Positions 1 to 9,352 of a DNA stretch of 25,163 nucleotides are shown here, piece after piece (positions within the stretch are counted from its first letter, which is position 1; the number at the start of each line of letters is the position of its first letter). The notes below the pieces were generated by a model. That model did not search any database. It worked only from the letters and a program-made list of their open reading frames with translations, and was not told the DNA's origin. The stretch is from contig JAHDIP010000061.1 in the NCBI GenBank assembly GCA_020630735.1, positions 1 through 25,163 of the forward strand, written 5' to 3'. Source of the stretch: Saprospiraceae bacterium. Its GTDB lineage: Bacteria > Bacteroidota > Bacteroidia > Chitinophagales > Saprospiraceae. The translations under genes were made by a program, and so were the position numbers.

Positions 1-475
1 ATATCGTTTTCTTTTCAAATTTATTGGTCAACCTTATTCATAGACTTGGCAGTAGAATGCCTTGTTGTAGCACGATCTTATATAGTTAAGTAATGGCCGA
101 AAAATACGGAAGTTATTATTTGACCATTACTATTGTAAGTGCTTGGTAGCAAAAATTACTTTTGACTAGCTGTGATTTTGTATTGTGCAAGGCAAAAAAG
201 TAGTTGGATGAGCTTCTATAAAATGTAATAGCGATTTTGCTCTTTGTGCTACCATTCATTTGGCTTGGTAAACTCAGTTCAAGCTACTTCCACAGGTTTT
301 TTTGATGAAAGAGAATCTGAAATTAGACTGTCATAAAAGTCTTGGCACTAAACTAGCTCAGATCTAGCAATTGTTGTTGAAAAAAAATGTTTGTTTTGTT
401 TTATTTTTAACATAAAATGTTTTATATTGTGTTCAGAAACTACTCCTAATTAAATAAGGATTACATGACTGAACT

Positions 476-1213
476 ATGCAAAAAATCAATAAGCTAAAAC
501 TCAATAGGCAGTTGCTTAATAGACGGTTTAGAGAAGTTTACAAAAAACTGAAGAAGAAAGGTGTAATTATTAAAAGTGATCGTCAGAAAAGTAAATCAGC
601 TTTTGCCGAGAAGTTAGGAACAAAAGGTCATATCATTGATCTTTATCTTAATGACAAACGGCAAATTACATATGAACAAGCAAAACTACTTTGTATACAC
701 TACGGAGTGAATGAACTTTATCTGTTTCAAGGGATCGGAACAGCTTTCGAAGAAAATAAACTTCCATCTCCAGAAGAAAAATTAGCAATGGCACTAGGGA
801 TTAATTTCTCACCAAACATATTATTTACTAATGTCGAAGCCTTTTCGAGTAATACAATAGGCGTTGATTTAATCGAAGAAAACGAACGTTTTCATATTCC
901 TGGTGTGCAAGGAGATTTAGTCGCTTTTAATATCAATGGTAATAGCATGCGTCCAACCATTAGCGCTGGAGATATGGTCATCTGTACTCCTCTAGAAGCT
1001 AGGAATGATATGGTCGATAATGAAATCTATGCAGTCGTTACTAGTCAATCAGTTTGGGTAAAACGAACCCAACGATGCTATGACCGTTACGGAAATTGGA
1101 CACATTTAAAATTAATATCTGATAATATAGATGAATTTGAGCCTTTTATCATTGAAATAAGCGAAATTAGAAAACTACTAAAAGTAACGAAACGACTTAC
1201 TGGTCTTTGTTAA
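476..1213 (+). CDS. HTH (XRE-like) plus S24 peptidase-domain protein (LexA/CI-type autocleaving repressor-like)
   Basis: ATG at 476. C-terminal half carries the S24 Ser/Lys dyad context: GNSMRPTISAGDMVIC (Ser) and, about 40 aa later, VWVKRT (Lys). N-terminal half is basic and helix-turn-helix-like. A 475-bp non-coding stretch lies upstream. Confidence 0.7.
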   Translation: MQKINKLKLNRQLLNRRFREVYKKLKKKGVIIKSDRQKSKSAFAEKLGTKGHIIDLYLNDKRQITYEQAKLLCIHYGVNELYLFQGIGTAFEENKLPSPEEKLAMALGINFSPNILFTNVEAFSSNTIGVDLIEENERFHIPGVQGDLVAFNINGNSMRPTISAGDMVICTPLEARNDMVDNEIYAVVTSQSVWVKRTQRCYDRYGNWTHLKLISDNIDEFEPFIIEISEIRKLLKVTKRLTGLC

Positions 1214-1354
1214 AATAAGCCTTTAACAAATATAGAAAATATACAAGTTATACTCGAAGGTATAACTTAGCGAAGCTTTGTCTTTTTTTGAAAAGGTAAA
1301 GTATTTACTTAATGTGCTAAATAGTCTCTCTATTTATATCCTGCTGTTTTTTTG

Positions 1355-1396
1355 ATTCCGACTCCCGAGTTCAATGCAATTCGGGAGCCTTTTTAT
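1355..1396 (+). terminator. Rho-independent terminator downstream of the S24 repressor-like gene
   Basis: Stem ctcccga (1362-1368) pairs with tcgggag (1381-1387), loop 12 nt, followed by cctttttattt. A T-run also precedes the stem. Confidence 0.6.
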
Positions 1397-1401
1397 TTGG
1401 T

Positions 1402-2145
1402 TTATGCCATTCGTTGACGCATGGCTTCGTATAAAACCATACCTGTAGCAACCGAAACATTGAGGGAATCTACTGTTCCTTTTTGAGGAATCATGAAACG
1501 TTTATCTGCTTTTTCTAAACAATTAGCACTCACTCCTTTTCCTTCAGATCCAATGATTATTGCAATCGGAACATTAAAATCTAACTCATGGATATAGGCA
1601 TCAGCTTTTAAGTCGGTGGCTACGATACTCAAACCCGATAATTGCAAAAAGTCGATTGCAGAACTTATGGTTTTTTCTCTACAAATAGGAATTTTAGTTA
1701 AAGCACCAGCAGATGCTTTCATCGCGTCAGCATTAATCTGTGCACCACCTTTTTGTGAAATGACGATGGTGTGTACTCCACAGCATTCAGCAGTACGAGC
1801 TATGGCACCAAAATTTCGAACATCTGATACATTATCAAGTAACAAAATAAGAGGGACTTCCGATTGTTCATAAATGAGTGGCAGCATATCCTCCAAACGA
1901 TAGAAAGGCGTTAAAGATAAAAAGGCAAGAATCCCTTGATGATTCCCCCTTGTAAATTTTGAAAATCGTTCTTTGGGAACATATTGAAGAGGCAAGTTAA
2001 ACTGCTTGGTTAGCATGCGAACTTCTTTTTCAAATTCTCCACGAGTACCTTGTTGCAAGATCACTTTATCAATAGGTTCACCTGATTTGATAGCATCTAT
2101 AACAGGATGCCTTCCATAAATCAGGTTGTTTTTTTTTGCAGACAT
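1402..2145 (-). CDS. rlmB: 23S rRNA (guanosine-2'-O)-methyltransferase, SpoU/TrmH family (RlmB-like)
   Basis: ATG (cat on plus at 2143-2145), TAA stop at 1402. N-terminal substrate-binding region (YGRHPV, ..GEFEKEV..) followed by SPOUT methyltransferase motifs (LDNVSDVRNFGAIARTAECCGV; IIIGSEGKGVS). Confidence 0.85.
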   Translation of the reverse strand: MSAKKNNLIYGRHPVIDAIKSGEPIDKVILQQGTRGEFEKEVRMLTKQFNLPLQYVPKERFSKFTRGNHQGILAFLSLTPFYRLEDMLPLIYEQSEVPLILLLDNVSDVRNFGAIARTAECCGVHTIVISQKGGAQINADAMKASAGALTKIPICREKTISSAIDFLQLSGLSIVATDLKADAYIHELDFNVPIAIIIGSEGKGVSANCLEKADKRFMIPQKGTVDSLNVSVATGMVLYEAMRQRMA

Positions 2146-2224
2146 TAAGTTTATAATGAAGTTGTTTAAGAATGTATTTTAAGTCTAGTGTACCAACATA
2201 AATTCTGATACATCCAAGATTTGT

Positions 2225-2308
2225 TATTTTAAGTTCAGGTCTCGTTCCAAAAATCTTAATTACAATTAAGGCGTAACCTGCCTTTGTGCCTTAACTGAAC
2301 TTAAAATA
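2225..2308. repeat. Nested inverted repeat (14-bp perfect outer arms, 56-nt spacer, inner 7-bp stem) in the divergent rlmB/protease intergenic region
   Basis: tattttaagttcag (2225-2238) is the exact reverse complement of ctgaacttaaaata (2295-2308). The spacer contains ttaaggc (2266-2272) paired with gccttaa (2288-2294). Confidence 0.5.
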
Positions 2309-2592
2309 GCTGAAGAAGTTGGTAGTCAATGATTAGCCATTAATTCATTTTTACACAACGACTATGTAATAGAAAGGCTGTAAAAGTAATACATTGAACA
2401 AAGCTTTTATTGAAAAAAAAAAATTAAATGAGAATAAAAGAGATTCAAATAAACATTTTGCTTCAAATTAATGTATAAATGTCGCTTATTCTATCAATTC
2501 AATCGAAGATAAAGCCCTTATTTCTCTATTATTTAAGTATTTTTGAGAAATTTTATGGCGTATATTTTCAAATATATAAATTCAAATCTAAA

Positions 2593-5500
2593 ATGAAAAT
2601 TGTTACAACAAAAACTATCCTCCCCATTTTACTGCTACTGATACTAGCGCAGTTGAGTTGGGCACAAGTACAAACACCACTTGACGCAGCACTTAGACAT
2701 GTTGAAAAAAATAGAGTAGCTTGGAGTCTTTCTGAACAAGATGTTGCAGATTTAACAGTGAGCGATCTTTATGTTTCCAAACAAAGTGGCGTAACACATG
2801 TATACTTTGTACAAAGATATGAAGGTATTGAACTTTATAATGGTATCCTCAATGTAAGTGTGGCTTCTAATGGGAAAACATACAATATCGAACATCTTTT
2901 TATGCCGAATTTAGGAGAATTAGTAAATACAACTACTCCTTCTCTAACACCAAAAGAAGCAATAAAAGCTGCTGCAAAACACTTAGGAGCAGACTTTAAT
3001 GCTCCACTAAAAATAAAAGAACAAATTAGCGACAAGCACTTTGTTTTTGATAAAGGAGCAATTTCTCATGCAGATATTATTGTAAAACTTCGCTATCAAG
3101 CACTAGAAAATAAAACGGTTCGTTTAGCTTGGGATTTAGCAATAGATCAAGTAGGAGGAAATGACTATTGGTCACTTCGTGTTGATGCATTAACGGGAGA
3201 AGTGATTGATAAAAATAGTTGGACAGTACACTGTAAATTTGATAAAGGACAATACCATAATCACGATGCACATTGTAGAGAAATACCTGAAGAAATGTCA
3301 ACAATGACAATTCAAGAAGCGCTCATCAAAAAAAATGAAGCGAATGCTAATATGATGATGGGTATGTATAATGTATTTCCAGCACCGACTGAAAGTCCTT
3401 CGCATGGAGCTCGAATGTTAGTACCTGAATTAGGAGATGTAGTGGCTTCTCCATATGGCTGGCATGATACTAATGGTGCTATGGGCGAAGAATATACTAT
3501 TACCAGAGGTAATAATGTACATGCATACCTTGATGTAAATAATACAAATAGTTCAGCAGGTGATGAACCAGATGGTGGACCAGGATTATTATTTGATTTT
3601 CCATTTGATCCAGCTGATGAGCCTGCTGCTTATCAAGATGCAGCGACAACCAATCTATTTTATATGTGCAACTTTATGCACGATTTTACTTACCATTATG
3701 GATTTGATGAAGGTGCAGGAAATTTCCAATCAAACAACTATGGAAATGGTGGCTGGCAAGGGGATTATGTCTTAGCAGAAGCTCAAGATGGTTCTGGTGC
3801 AAATAATGCAAATTTTGCAACACCTAGTGATGGAGGTAATGGACGTATGCAAATGTATGTTTGGGATACAGGTACAAATGTAAGTTTAACGGTAGAAGAA
3901 CCTAATTCTATAGCCGGTAACTACGAAGCAAGAGGGGCTACTTTTGGAGGTACTATAACAACTCCTTTAACTGCTGAAGTGGCAATAGTTGATGATGGTA
4001 CAACTTCTCCTACTCTAGGTTGTAATCCTTTACAAAATTCTAGTGAGGTAAATGGAAAAATAGCTCTTGTAGATAGAGGAAGTTGTGAGTTTGGGTTAAA
4101 ATCTTTATTGGCAGAAGAAGCTGGTGCGATTGCGGTAGTAGTATGTAACTATGAAGATACTTATGTTAATATGGCACCTGGTGCCGATGGTGATGGAGTA
4201 ACGATTCCTGCATACTTTATTACTGCTACAGATTGTCAGATAATACGCCAATTTGCAGGAACAACTTTATTACTTACAATGAACCCTCCACCTGTTGGTG
4301 GTCCTTCCCAAGTAGATGGTGATTTTGATAATGGCATCATTGCGCATGAATATGCTCATGGTATCTCAAATCGTTTAACTGGTGGACCAGGAGCTGCTGG
4401 TTGCTTGAGTAGTAATGAACAAATGGGAGAAGGTTGGAGTGATTTCTTTACACTTATTACTACAGTGAAGCCTGGCGATACTGGAGAAATGCGTAGAGGT
4501 ATAGGCACTTATGCACAAGGCCAAGCTCCTACTGGTCAAGGTATACGCCGTTATCCATATTCTACTGATATGGCAATTAACCCTCAAACTTACAATGATA
4601 TCATTGGAACTGAAGATGATGATCCTAATACACCTCCAGGAACTCCTCCTCATCCAGTAGGTGAAGTATGGGCTGATATGATTTGGGATTTATATTGGGC
4701 GCTTTCTAATGAATACGGTTGGAGTGCTGATTTAAATGATCCTGCAGCAGGTAATAATATAGCTATCAATTTAGTAATGGAGGGGATGAAGTTACAGCCT
4801 TGTAATCCTGGTTTTGTAAATGGAAGAGATGCTATTATTTTAGCTGATTCGTTAATGTATGATGCAGAGCATAGTTGCCTTATTTGGGAAACATTTGCAC
4901 GAAGAGGACTTGGCTTTAGCGCAGATCAAGGATCAGTTGATAGTAGAGATGATGGTACAGAGGGATATGATATCTACCCACAATGTATACAAGAATTAAA
5001 AATATCGAAAGAAGTAACTAATTTTATAGACCCAGGAGAAGAAATTGAGGTAGAGCTAACTGTTGTTAATCATATTCCAGGTACCGCTACAAATGTTGTA
5101 GTAACAGATGAAATACCAGAATTTACTTCTTATGTGAATGGTTCTGCTTCCAATGGAGGTACCGCTAATGCAGGAATGATGTCATGGGATTTAGGAGATT
5201 TAGCTTTCAATGAAACGGTAGTTCTTACATATTCTTTAATGTCTGATCCTTCAAAAGGCTCTATAAGTAATTTTAAAGATGATATGGAAGATGGAGATGA
5301 TAACTGGGAGTTACAAGTACTTGAGAATACAAATATTTGGGAAATTATGGATATTTTCTCATTTAGTGGAGATTTTGCTTGGACAATAGGAGAACCAGAA
5401 GCATCAAGTGATCAAGCAATTATGTTGACTAATCCTTACTCTGTTAATGGTAGCAATCCAACATTACGATTCTTTCATCGTTATGATACAGAAACTGCTC

Positions 5501-6159
5501 TTGATGGAGGAATTGTACAATTGTCTACAGATGGTGGTACAAACTGGTCTGAATTAGGACCTAATATGTTTCGTAATGGGTATAAAAATGATATTGCTTA
5601 TACTACTTTTGCAACTCCAAATTTACAGGCTTTTTCTGGTAATAGTTTTGGATGGAGAGGAACTTATGTTGACTTAAGTGACTATATTGGTCAGGATATC
5701 AATATTCGTTGGCGCTTTGGTACTGATGCTGCAGTTGGTGGTCTAGGATGGTTTGTTGATGATGTAGAATATTTAGAGTTATTAAACTATAATGGAGAAG
5801 CTTGTGTTACTGCTGATGGTGATGAAGGTAATTGTGTTGTCGCTGACGAAAAAGGAACTGTAGTCAGTACACTAACTACTATTGCTACTATCGACGTCAA
5901 TACAACAAATGCTGAAATCAGTATCTTCCCTAATCCTGCTAACGATCTTATCAATATAAGTATCGATGCAGAAAAAGCTGAGAAAATTAGCTTAAGTTTA
6001 GTAACAATGGATGGTAAAGAATTGATGCAACAATCAACATCAATCACAGCTGGTAGTCAAATCATTCCATTAAATATTGCTGATTTATCTGCTGGTTTTT
6101 ACTTTGTAAAAGTAACAACAGAAACAGGTACTGCGGTTAAGAAAGTTGTTGTTGAATAA
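2593..6159 (+). CDS. Secreted multidomain zinc metalloprotease, M36 (fungalysin-like), with FTP propeptide, PA domain, DUF11/CARDB-like and beta-sandwich domains, and a T9SS C-terminal sorting domain
   Basis: HEYAHGISNRLTGGPG matches the fungalysin HEXXH context. The PA-domain signature is IALVDRGSCEF...AGAIAVVVCNYED. The last ~80 aa (ISIFPNPANDLINISID...GFYFVKVTTETGTAVKKVVVE) are a Por/T9SS CTD. I used ATG 2593, which gives the signal peptide MKIVTTKTILPILLLLILAQLSWAQ. The ORF track extends upstream to an ATG at 2479, and that start lacks a signal peptide. Confidence 0.8.
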   Translation: MKIVTTKTILPILLLLILAQLSWAQVQTPLDAALRHVEKNRVAWSLSEQDVADLTVSDLYVSKQSGVTHVYFVQRYEGIELYNGILNVSVASNGKTYNIEHLFMPNLGELVNTTTPSLTPKEAIKAAAKHLGADFNAPLKIKEQISDKHFVFDKGAISHADIIVKLRYQALENKTVRLAWDLAIDQVGGNDYWSLRVDALTGEVIDKNSWTVHCKFDKGQYHNHDAHCREIPEEMSTMTIQEALIKKNEANANMMMGMYNVFPAPTESPSHGARMLVPELGDVVASPYGWHDTNGAMGEEYTITRGNNVHAYLDVNNTNSSAGDEPDGGPGLLFDFPFDPADEPAAYQDAATTNLFYMCNFMHDFTYHYGFDEGAGNFQSNNYGNGGWQGDYVLAEAQDGSGANNANFATPSDGGNGRMQMYVWDTGTNVSLTVEEPNSIAGNYEARGATFGGTITTPLTAEVAIVDDGTTSPTLGCNPLQNSSEVNGKIALVDRGSCEFGLKSLLAEEAGAIAVVVCNYEDTYVNMAPGADGDGVTIPAYFITATDCQIIRQFAGTTLLLTMNPPPVGGPSQVDGDFDNGIIAHEYAHGISNRLTGGPGAAGCLSSNEQMGEGWSDFFTLITTVKPGDTGEMRRGIGTYAQGQAPTGQGIRRYPYSTDMAINPQTYNDIIGTEDDDPNTPPGTPPHPVGEVWADMIWDLYWALSNEYGWSADLNDPAAGNNIAINLVMEGMKLQPCNPGFVNGRDAIILADSLMYDAEHSCLIWETFARRGLGFSADQGSVDSRDDGTEGYDIYPQCIQELKISKEVTNFIDPGEEIEVELTVVNHIPGTATNVVVTDEIPEFTSYVNGSASNGGTANAGMMSWDLGDLAFNETVVLTYSLMSDPSKGSISNFKDDMEDGDDNWELQVLENTNIWEIMDIFSFSGDFAWTIGEPEASSDQAIMLTNPYSVNGSNPTLRFFHRYDTETALDGGIVQLSTDGGTNWSELGPNMFRNGYKNDIAYTTFATPNLQAFSGNSFGWRGTYVDLSDYIGQDINIRWRFGTDAAVGGLGWFVDDVEYLELLNYNGEACVTADGDEGNCVVADEKGTVVSTLTTIATIDVNTTNAEISIFPNPANDLINISIDAEKAEKISLSLVTMDGKELMQQSTSITAGSQIIPLNIADLSAGFYFVKVTTETGTAVKKVVVE

Positions 6160-6180
6160 TTCTCTTCCTCAAGATACTTT

Positions 6181-6221
6181 AAAAAAATAAGGCTGCTCGT
6201 TTCGAGCAGCCTTATTTTTTT
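6181..6221. terminator. Bidirectional intrinsic terminator between convergent genes
   Basis: A-run, then 9-bp GC-rich stem ggctgctcg (6191-6199) paired with cgagcagcc (6203-6211), then T-run cttattttttt. Confidence 0.7.
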
Positions 6222-6235
6222 AGAAAAATTAAATA

Positions 6236-6637
6236 CTAATTTTCAGGGTAACCTGCATCATGCCAGCACGTTAAAATCTCCAGTTGCTCATCTGTTAATT
6301 CTGATGCAAAACCAGGAGGTACGAAATCCGCAGGTGGCATATCTTTGTCAACTAAAGTACGTTGATTGAACGCTCCACCAGTTGCGATTTGTAAACCAGC
6401 ATAAGATGTATAATCAATTGCATTAGCAGGAATGACAGGATTTGCTCCTGTACCGTCGTGGCAACCAGCATAAGCACAAGTTGCATCAATAATAGCTTTT
6501 ACATCACCATCGTAGGTTGCCGTGTGGTTATCACAAACATCAGTAGGTGTTACTGTTTCATCATCATTACCACATGATAAAGCAAAGGTGAATGCAAAGA
6601 ACACTATAGAACATTGTAAAATTCTAGTTTTTGTCAT
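6236..6637 (-). CDS. Small lipoprotein, Cys/His-rich, with a CX4CH motif (possible heme or metal site)
   Basis: ATG (cat 6635-6637), TAG stop. Signal peptide plus lipobox FALSCG. Motifs TCAYAGCHDG and LTCWHDAG. It sits 44 bp downstream of the DMT transporter gene on the same strand. Confidence 0.55.
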   Translation of the reverse strand: MTKTRILQCSIVFFAFTFALSCGNDDETVTPTDVCDNHTATYDGDVKAIIDATCAYAGCHDGTGANPVIPANAIDYTSYAGLQIATGGAFNQRTLVDKDMPPADFVPPGFASELTDEQLEILTCWHDAGYPEN

Positions 6638-6681
6638 CGGTAAAAATTTTTGTTGACTTATAATAAAAATCTAATATACAA

Positions 6682-7575
6682 TTAATTTCTAGAAATATAA
6701 ACACCAGATAAAATCATTAGCATACCGATAAGGTGTATAAGACCGATAGGTTCACCATCAAATGCTCCCCACATTAATGCGACAATAGGAATAAGATAGC
6801 TTACCATAGATGCCCATACAGCATTAGTTCGTTGGACTAAAGTAAAAAACAGAAAAGTAGCTATTACAGTGCCTACAAGTGCCAAGATACTTATGTATCC
6901 GAGGGAAGACCAAGCATGTGTATGGGTTTTTAAGACCATCAAGAAATCAGTAGTAAAAAGGTAGGAAAAAGCAGGAACGCCGATGAAGAAAAATGAGACA
7001 GCACTAATGGTAAGTGCATCCATTTCTTGCAAGTATTTTTTTACGGTATTAACACTTAAAGCATAAAGCATACATCCCAAAATAACCAATAAACCATACC
7101 AGAGATTACCTTCTAAGCCAGCTTCTTTACCTAGAGTGATCAAAACACCTGCACCACAAAGACCTACAATAACTCCAATGACTTTCGCCCATACCCAATC
7201 TACTTTAAAAATGAGTATGCCCCAAAGTAAGGTAAATAGGGGAGTAGATGAACTAAGTACACCAGTAAGAGAGCTATTGATTTCGGTTTGTGCGATGGCA
7301 AAAAGAAAGGAAGGAATTCCACTACCAGCAAATCCTACAAGGATCAAAAATTTCAATTTTGACCAATCTATTTTTTTTAACCTTAAAAGGAAAAAGGGTA
7401 AGAAGGCCAAAGCCGAAATACTAATCCGTAAACAGGCTAATTGTACTGGCGAATAAGCAACTAATCCCTTTTTGATCAGAATATAAGAACTACCCCAAAC
7501 AAGTGACAACAAAAACAAGAGTGCCCAGTTGTACACATTATTATTATCTATTTCGCTTGTAGATGGTGAATTCAA
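6682..7575 (-). CDS. DMT superfamily (EamA/RhaT-like) transporter
   Basis: Ten hydrophobic segments and two EamA-like halves (WGSSYILIKKGL...). The start is TTG at 7575, translated as M in the track. The true start could instead be the in-frame GTG a few codons downstream. Confidence 0.75.
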   Translation of the reverse strand: MNSPSTSEIDNNNVYNWALLFLLSLVWGSSYILIKKGLVAYSPVQLACLRISISALAFLPFFLLRLKKIDWSKLKFLILVGFAGSGIPSFLFAIAQTEINSSLTGVLSSSTPLFTLLWGILIFKVDWVWAKVIGVIVGLCGAGVLITLGKEAGLEGNLWYGLLVILGCMLYALSVNTVKKYLQEMDALTISAVSFFFIGVPAFSYLFTTDFLMVLKTHTHAWSSLGYISILALVGTVIATFLFFTLVQRTNAVWASMVSYLIPIVALMWGAFDGEPIGLIHLIGMLMILSGVYISRN

Positions 7576-7612
7576 GATTACTATTTTTGGGGGGTAAAGA
7601 TAGTCTTATTCC

Positions 7613-7645
7613 ATAAAAAAAGCACTTACAAGAAATGTAAGTGCT
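7613..7645 (-). terminator. Intrinsic terminator for the flotillin gene (minus strand)
   Basis: On the minus strand a 10-bp stem (7621-7630 paired with 7636-7645, loop agaaa) is followed by a U-run, which is the plus-strand A-run 7613-7620. Confidence 0.6.
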
Positions 7646-7673
7646 TTTAATGTATTATTTTCCAACTTCCTCC

Positions 7674-9119
7674 TTACTCTGGAGCGTCAGTATTTGCTTC
7701 AGGTAGTTCGTTTGTGATAGCAGGAGGAGGCGTTGTTCCATTCTCTTGCTGCTGGCCAAGGTAATTAGGTAAATCCATACCTGCCATATTGAATACATCA
7801 TTTAAAGGAGGAACGGACTTATACAGACCAGAGACAAATTTTGAAGTTGAATTTCCTTCTCCTTCTTTGCCATTGCCACCTTCCCAAACGGTAACTTTAT
7901 CAATCTTAATATTCTTAATAGCTTCTACTTGCATTGCAACTAAATCTTCTAACTTATCAGCAATGAGCATTAAGACCGCATCTTTAGAATTACCACCAGT
8001 GGATTTTACAATTTGGTTGAAACCTTGTGCCTGCTTACTCAAGATTTCGTACTGACCCTTTGCTTCCGCTTCCTTTTTCATAAAGATTGCATCAGCTTCC
8101 CCTTTTGCCAAACGTCTAATTTGTTCCGCTTCTGCTTCTGCATCAATCTCCACTTTTCGTTTTTCAATTTCTGCATTAACGATAATGTCGGCTTGTTTCG
8201 TTGCCATTTCACGTTCTGCACGGGCTTTTTCCGCAGTCATCTCCGCAGCATAGGCTTCTTCAAGTGCTTTTGCTGTTTGAATTTTTTCGGCAGCTGTAGA
8301 AACACGAAGTGCTTCAGCTTCTTTTACTTTACGTTCAGCATTAGAAGCTGCAATCAAGATCGCAGATTTATTTTGACCATCAACAGCTTTTGCTTCTGCT
8401 TCAGCCTCACCGATTTCAGCGAATGCATTAGCTGAAGATACTTCAGTACGTCTTTCTTTTTCTGCGAGTGCCTTACCAATATCACCCGTTCTATTTTCTT
8501 CAGCTACACGAACTTTTGCTTCGTTGATCGCTTTAGCAGCAGCTTCTTTACCGAGTGCATCGATATACCCAGATTCGTCATGAATATCTGTAACGTTTAC
8601 GTTGATCAGTTGCAATCCAATTTTTCTAATTTCGCCACCTACACTAGTGGCTACATTCATCAAAAATTTATCTCTATCTGAGTTGATTTCTTCAATGTCC
8701 ATTGTAGCGACAACCAGACGCAATTGACCAAAAATAATATCTTTTGCAATATCTCTGATTTCTTCGTTGTCTTTGCCTAGCAAACGTTCAGCAGCATTCA
8801 GCATCGTTCCTTCTTCATTCGCTACACCTACCGTAAAACGAGAAGGTACATTTACCCGTATATTTTGTTTACTTAATGCACCTCTCAAATCTACGTCGAT
8901 GGTAATTGGAGAAAGATCGAGGTATTCGTAGTCTTGAATAACTGGCCAGACGAAAGCTGCACCACCTGCTATACATTTGGCAGAACCTTGCCCAGTACGA
9001 CCATAAATAACCAAGATTTTATCAGAAGGACAACGCTTGTAGCGTGACACAAAAAAAAGCCCAAGCAAAACGATGAGACCAGCAAGACCTGCTAGAATTA
9101 TTACAAATGCACTACCCAT
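7674..9119 (-). CDS. Flotillin-like SPFH/band-7 protein (YqiK-type)
   Basis: N-terminal TM helix, SPFH domain, and a long Ala/Glu-rich coiled-coil (EAEAEAKA..., AEKARAEREMA...). ATG (cat 9117-9119), TAA stop. Confidence 0.85.
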   Translation of the reverse strand: MGSAFVIILAGLAGLIVLLGLFFVSRYKRCPSDKILVIYGRTGQGSAKCIAGGAAFVWPVIQDYEYLDLSPITIDVDLRGALSKQNIRVNVPSRFTVGVANEEGTMLNAAERLLGKDNEEIRDIAKDIIFGQLRLVVATMDIEEINSDRDKFLMNVATSVGGEIRKIGLQLINVNVTDIHDESGYIDALGKEAAAKAINEAKVRVAEENRTGDIGKALAEKERRTEVSSANAFAEIGEAEAEAKAVDGQNKSAILIAASNAERKVKEAEALRVSTAAEKIQTAKALEEAYAAEMTAEKARAEREMATKQADIIVNAEIEKRKVEIDAEAEAEQIRRLAKGEADAIFMKKEAEAKGQYEILSKQAQGFNQIVKSTGGNSKDAVLMLIADKLEDLVAMQVEAIKNIKIDKVTVWEGGNGKEGEGNSTSKFVSGLYKSVPPLNDVFNMAGMDLPNYLGQQQENGTTPPPAITNELPEANTDAPE

Positions 9120-9352
9120 AATTTATAATTTTTGTTGGTTTTTAAATATTGTTTCAAATTGGAGTTATCGTCTCAAGGAGCAGAAAATAAACAGGGTATC
9201 CAAAATAAACTTTCAAGGATAGTAGGTTATTTTTTGCCTGTTCCTTTAATTCATCATAGCAGTATAAAAAATCAATGACTAACAGTAAACAATTTTATTC
9301 ACTTCTTGATAGAAGGAGCATAGTAGTTTTGTGAAAAATATAATTATTGAAA

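Noticed and set aside
94-150. 18-codon mini-ORF (MAEKYGSYYLTITIVSAW) in the 475-bp leader region
   Set aside because: It is too short to distinguish from chance and has no obvious promoter motif. I noted it only because the 475-bp non-coding stretch is long.
240-300. tRNA-like GTTCAAGC segment in the 5' non-coding region
   Set aside because: No cloverleaf can be built. There are no matching acceptor or T-stem pairings around the TTCAAGC, so no tRNA call is supported.
1616-1873. 85-aa ORF antisense within rlmB, and similar short ORFs embedded in or antisense to long genes (2835-3035, 3077-3310, 3560-3775, 4375-4653, 5787-6047, 7136-7456, 7789-8435, 9687-9875, 10741-11055, 12063-12284, 13122-13406, 15508-15741, 18884-19102, 20374-20622, 22705-23312, 24650-25006)
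   Set aside because: Each lies wholly inside a longer ORF with clear family signatures on the other frame or strand. The translations are low-complexity with no recognisable motifs, so they are best read as chance ORFs in AT-rich DNA.
2413-2423. A11 homopolymer upstream of the protease gene, and an A9 tract inside the first codons of rlmB (2126-2137 on plus as T-run)
   Set aside because: These could in principle be slipped-strand phase-variation tracts. A-runs and T-runs of 8-9 occur repeatedly in this AT-rich window (for example 18911, 19118, 24363), so there is no reason to single these out without population data.
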